From contig OX597836.1 in NCBI GenBank assembly GCA_951406725.2, positions 1,736,001-1,800,000 on the forward strand: DNA of 64,000 bases, in the 5' to 3' direction. Position 1 is the stretch's first letter. Every line of letters starts with the position of its first letter. The notes under the pieces were generated by a model. It searched no databases. It was given only the letters and a program-made list of their open reading frames with translations, and was not told the origin of the DNA. Positions 57,570 to 64,000 of this stretch are shown piece by piece. The translations under genes and the position numbers were made by a program. Source of the stretch: Octopus vulgaris (lineage: Eukaryota).

Positions 57570-57625
<56 letters not shown>

Positions 57626-58329
57626 AAGGTGTGTGCGTTTCTGTACCCAGATGCACACTGATGCATATATGTGTGCGGTGTGTATGTGTGCATTGTTTAT
57701 TCATAGCCGCACACATCTACACTTTTTCCCATATATAGATATATAAATATATATTTTGTGTATGTTCACTACTTCTCACTCTCTCTCTCTCTCTCTCTCT
57801 CTCATTCTTGTTCTCTCTTTTATTTCATAATTGCCCTCTGTAAAATTAGTCACGAACTACAAGTCTTTATGATACTTCTCATTGTCTTATCGTTGTATAT
57901 TTCATATACACGGTAACATATTCTCAGCACATATTTAACAGATGTAGAATTTAATTTTCTTAAAATATACATAAAAACGGAAAAAATGTAAAAGACTTTT
58001 ACAATGATAATCTACTAAAAATATTGTCATTCAACACATTTCAAAATTAATAATATTCTTCTATTCATAAGTGGTTTAGTAGAAAAACCGTTGAAGATAT
58101 TCTGAGGAATGTGGGTTTGAAACCATAATGCGACGTCGAATTAGAAGTCTACATGCATATTTGATTACTTAATAAATTGGCGCAGCAGGTAGAGTATTTA
58201 AGATTGCAAAACCTTACGCATGGCTGGTTGGCAGAGTGTCTTACGAAGACAGATACGCACATTCAAAATATACATTGGTGAGTGTATACATATATTTCAT
58301 AGGTAAGTATATTATTCTACACTGAACGA

Positions 58330-58753
<424 letters not shown>

Positions 58754-58754
58754 A

Positions 58755-59025
58755 CTCATTTTACTCTTGTACCTGGTTCAGTCATTTACCTGCGGGAATG
58801 GTAGAGCACCACCTTTAATCTGAAAAAATTGATGCCCCGGACATATTCTTTGAAATCCAAGTACTTATTCTGTCAGTTTCTTTGGCGGAACCGCTACGTT
58901 ACCTGGAAATACACCAGCATCGGTCGTCAAGCAATGATGGCGGAAAAACATAGACATACAACGAAACACAGACACACAGAGACACAGACACAGGCACACA
59001 CAGACACGCATACATACACACACGC

Positions 59026-59066
<41 letters not shown>

Positions 59067-59228
59067 GACGAGCTTCTTTCAGTTTCTGTCTGCTAAATAC
59101 AATCACAAGGCTTTGGTTGGCTCGTAATTATAATAGAATAGACACTTGTGCAAAGTGCCACGCAGTAGGGCTGAACCCGGAAACATATGGTTGGGAAGTA
59201 AGAGTCTTACCTCACAGCCACTCCTATG
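58755..59228 (-). mobile_element. SINE family A, full length with expanded internal microsatellite
   Basis: Colinear with 52118-52503. Confidence 0.88.
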
Positions 59229-59244
59229 CATGCATACATATGTG

Positions 59245-59281
<37 letters not shown>

Positions 59282-59753
59282 TATGTATGTAACTACATAC
59301 ATATATGTATATATATAAATATATATATATACATACAAATACATTTATATAAACATATATATATATATATGTGTAGGTACATACGCATATATGGGTACAT
59401 ATGAAAAGGCATTCTTTATCTCCAAATAAACTTGGGCGCCAGGTTAGAACACTGGATGCTGTATTTTTTACCTTTAGACGGTGCGTTATATTGACTCTTG
59501 CTACATTAAAGTAGTTGCCTTCATTTCGTTGACAAAACTGCCAAATCACAGGACTTCATCTGACGTTGACCCGTCAGTTACAGAGGTCCAGTAGCGGTAT
59601 AATAATCGAAATCCCGATTGCTATACGTGCAATATCGGTGGCCTTATTAAGTAAATTAATAATTAATCAATTATACATACACACACACGTATATATATAT
59701 TTATGTATGTATATATATACACATATATATATATGTATGCATACATACATATG

Positions 59754-59784
<31 letters not shown>

Positions 59785-61978
59785 GTACATATATATATAT
59801 ATTTGTATATATATATATATGTATACATATATATATATATATACATGTGTGTGTGTGTATACAGAGAGAAAGAGAGAGAGAGGAAAAAATAAGTGAGAGA
59901 GAAAATTACGACGTATGTTCTGTATACACGCTTATAAATTTACACTCATACATACCTTTTGTATACTTGTGTGCGTGTGTGTATATATATATGTATGTGT
60001 GCGTATAAAGTATGTTTATACTGGCGTGTTATTGGTCTTTAGTTAGAAATTGCTACACTTAGTAGAAATTGCAGTAATTAAATGATTACCTATGGGGGCA
60101 TTATAGTTGAACAGGATATTAAATTTAAAATCGATCGGTCTGTGCCCAGCAGAGGTGAGATCTATAAAAGGAACAAGGAGTTTGTCGGCGAAAATACTGC
60201 AGGAACGAAGAAAAATATAAACGTTGACATCGCCTCAAAATGTATTATATAGAAGAAGCAAACATCTTAAATAATAATGTTGCGAGAAAATATAAAGTTA
60301 ATGGCTAATACAACAATGAAAAAGGAAGAAACTCCAGTCTGCAATAAACTGGTGAAACCACAGCAAAAGCCGCTTCATACGAATCATTTAAAACTCTACA
60401 ACGGAAAGAAGAGAGGAGAACTAAGAGAATCGTACATACAATGGATGTCTCCTCGAAACGCATTAAAAATACTTTAGTAAGACTTTATATGTGAAATTGA
60501 TGGAGTATTCAAGCAAAGAAGGTGATGCAAAAAGTATATAAATAACATCGATGCTGATATTGAAAATCATTGAATTCACTTCGGAAACATTGAGCTAAAT
60601 TCACAGATAGATCTCAAATATACACACGACTCAACACTTGACAAGGAGCAGAGCAACAACACATTCTGACAATTCAACCAGTTTTAATGTTGAGCGATTC
60701 TGTAAAAATCGCAAGAATGAAAACTGGAAATGATACAGAATATACCTGAGCTACTACAACTAGTCACCTTCTGGGAAGAATGGAGCAATGTATCACGACT
60801 CTGTCAGAAATTCTGTCCATGAAGAAAGATATTACGAATATCACCAGACAGCAGTTTTACAAAACAATAAAACATTTGAGGGACACCAGAAACGTTTTAT
60901 TTTCCTGAATATACTGTTGTATAAAAAACCCATTTCAGGACAAATTTCTTCCTTGGATAAATGTCATTTGAAAGGGAAATATATCATCATACTAAAAGAC
61001 CCATTTGATTGTTATTAAGGGGCATATGGCAGCTATGGAAGGTTTGGGCCTGTTGTTAGACATCGTCAGAGATCAAGCACATATTTCTCAGTCAGATTTA
61101 AACATGTAATATTTGCTTCGGGGAATGTGTGTTTAAAGTGCTAAGCAGACCAATAAAAGAAGTGTATTTTGTTGACAAGACCTAAATATATCGAAACATT
61201 CTCATAGTTCACGTCTACACAGTGAATAACCAAAGCAATTTCTTCGAAATATGAACACATTTTTCTTTGACATTAATTTTTAATTGCTAGGAAATATCTC
61301 GCCTTCATTTTTCGGATAACTCAATAATTGCCGCTAAGTTTTTGTTTCCTTCCCCTTCAAAAAGGCATATCTCAATTCATTATGAATTCTTCTACTAACG
61401 TTATTCAGTCTTACCGTCACCTACATTAATTATTTAACTACATAACCTGTACGCCACCTGAGAAATTTCCTTCTACTTAAATTTTCCAAACCTCAACATG
61501 TGTGTGTTTGTGTGTTTCTGAGTATTCATGTGTGCGTTTCTTTGAAGATGGGTGTGCGTGTTTCGTTGTGTGTGAATGTGTGTGGGACTGGGTTTTTTCT
61601 AAATTTTTATTACATCCTTTTCTATTTTAAAAATTTCGTTTCTTTTCTTTGTTTTTCTTCTTATGTTCGTGTTTGGTTTTGGCATTATTTCTAGAGCACT
61701 AAAATTTCCTTATTTTGCTTGGCAATATGCCACTGGAATATCAGAAGTAAAGACGCAGACAAAAGCCCAGACGTAACACAAAAAAAAAGAACAAAAAATT
61801 AAAAACAAACACAAGAAAATTATACATAAATGTTTTCACTTTTTATTACACTGCTATATGAACACATCGTAGACATATTGATTGGAAACATATAAAAGTA
61901 AAAAAAAAAACGCAAATAAGGTAACAAATCGTAAAGAAACAATACTATACAGCAACAGGAACAACAACAACAACCAAT

Positions 61979-62009
<31 letters not shown>

Positions 62010-62136
62010 TTAATTCAAATTGCAAAACCGCAAACAAAAGGTAAACAAATATACGCACAGAGGAAGACAGACAATCAGATATACACACGCACATATTTGT
62101 ATGTATACATGTATGTGCATGTATGTATGGATGTAA

Positions 62137-62214
<78 letters not shown>

Positions 62215-62300
62215 GTACACATATATACATACATATATACCTATACTATACATATGTGCGTGTGCGTGTGTGTGTGTTTGTACGTATGTATATATATATA

Positions 62301-62345
<45 letters not shown>

Positions 62346-62656
62346 GTATGAATGTATATACGTAAGTGCAGATAAACACGGAAAATAAACTCTAAAAATT
62401 TGATGTTGATCACTTACTTGAGAAAATTCTAGACTTCCGAACTTTCGAACATTTCAGTCCATTGATATTAAGGTAAAACAACAACAACAACAACAACAAC
62501 AACATCATCTTATTTTTAGAGCAATCTGTTTTTTTTTTATTGTTTCAATGATTTCTTTAAATGAGGTTTGATTTGTCTTTCGTTTCGATTTTCTGAGACT
62601 CTTTTTCTACGTTTGTCGCAGAGAGTATAGGTGAACTGCCATTTCTCTGAGAAACA

Positions 62657-62771
62657 ACTACTACTACTACAACTAACACCACCACCACCTACTACTACTA
62701 CTACTACCACCACCACCACCACCACCACCACCACCACCACCACCACCACCACCACCACCACCACCACCACC

Positions 62772-62827
<56 letters not shown>

Positions 62828-62902
62828 CACCACCACCACCACCACCACACCACCACCACCAACACCACCAACACCACCAACACCACCACCACCACCACCA
62901 CC

Positions 62903-62971
<69 letters not shown>
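62657..62971. repeat. (TAC)n/(CAC)n compound array
   Basis: Direct reading. Confidence 0.97.
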
Positions 62972-62972
<1 letters not shown>

Positions 62973-62983
62973 TTGTTATGAAA

Positions 62984-63195
62984 GGCGGTGTGGTAGCGGA
63001 ATCGTTAGCAACACCATACAAAATGTGCTGAGCTGGTAAAATCGTTAGAAGCATTTCGTCCGTCTTTACTTTCTTACAACAAATTCCGCCGAGGTCGCCT
63101 TTGCGTTTAATCCTTCGGGGTCGATAAATTAAGTAGAAGTGTAACACTGGGATCGATGTAATCCACTGGTCCCCTCCCACAAAATTGCACGCCTA
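62984..63195 (+). mobile_element. SINE family B
   Basis: ggcggtgtggtagcggaatcgttagca...aaattccgccgaggtcgcctttgcg...ggggtcgataaattaagta. Confidence 0.88.
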
Positions 63196-63208
63196 CCTGT
63201 AAGGATTT

Positions 63209-63241
63209 TTATTACTATTATTATTATTATCATTATTATTA

Positions 63242-63304
<63 letters not shown>

Positions 63305-63373
63305 GTTATTATTATTATTACTATTATTGTTATTATTATATTTATTATTATTATTATTATTATTTTATTATTA

Positions 63374-63405
<32 letters not shown>

Positions 63406-63552
63406 TTTATTATCATTATTATTATTTTTATTATTTTTATTATCATTATCATCATTATTATTGTTATTTTTATTATCATCGTCATCGTCATCATTATTAT
63501 TATTTTTTTTTTTTTTACTATTTTTTGTTATCATCATCATCATTATTATTAC

Positions 63553-63611
<59 letters not shown>
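63209..63611. repeat. (TAT)n array
   Basis: Direct reading. Confidence 0.97.
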
Positions 63612-63613
<2 letters not shown>

Positions 63614-63629
63614 CAGGCTCCGTGCTGAT

Positions 63630-63795
63630 ACTTGTGTCTGTATGCCTTTAGAGTTCACATCCTGCAGAGGTACCGTTGCCCTTTATCCCTCTAAGGTTGA
63701 TAAAATATTGTACCAGTCAATATTAAGAGTAATTATATCGACTAACCCCTCCCCGCAAAATTACTGGCCCCTGCCTAAATCGGAGACAATTATCA
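63630..63795 (+). mobile_element. SINE family B, degenerate
   Basis: gagttcacatcctgcagagg...ttgccctttatccctctaaggttgataaaatattgtaccag. Confidence 0.6.
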
Positions 63796-64000
63796 CAATC
63801 ATTATTGTTATTTTTCTAGGAGGCGGTGTGCGGTGTTTGCATTGGAACTGCACCTATTACAGAATTCAGTCAACGCACGAACAAGATTTATCACGGTTAC
63901 TTTGAAAGGAAACATTTCTACCATGTTGTTCACGAATGGCTTTAGAAAGTTTGGTCATCAATCACGCCCAATTAGCCAGAGCTGAAGCTTAGTACTTTCA

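Noticed and set aside
58098-58130. CTGAGGA...GAAAC spacing like a hammerhead
   Set aside because: Stem II and stem I do not pair

Overview
Eukaryotic, AT-rich, extremely microsatellite-dense non-coding DNA with no recognisable intact host gene; almost all ORF-track entries are microsatellite artefacts (YI/HT/CV/poly-L runs). The SINE families and simple-repeat density resemble Octopus (coleoid cephalopod) intergenic or intronic DNA (inference from recalled repeat families, not a search). Supported content: two decayed R4/Dong-clade non-LTR fragments; Tc1 and DD37D/maT transposase relics; a complete non-autonomous Helitron nested in a pogo/Tigger-type MITE; about 20 copies of three tRNA-derived SINE families; and several short elements in or beside AT-rich arrays with minimal hammerhead-ribozyme motifs and/or fold-back inverted repeats (Penelope-like pLTR or retrozyme-like). 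The best candidate for an undescribed system is this last group: a near-canonical hammerhead at 15455-15500, a sister copy with a perfect 41-bp fold-back at 11937-12025, and degenerate relatives. A few unique islands carry transcription-factor motif clusters of uncertain significance. All alignments and folds were done by eye.
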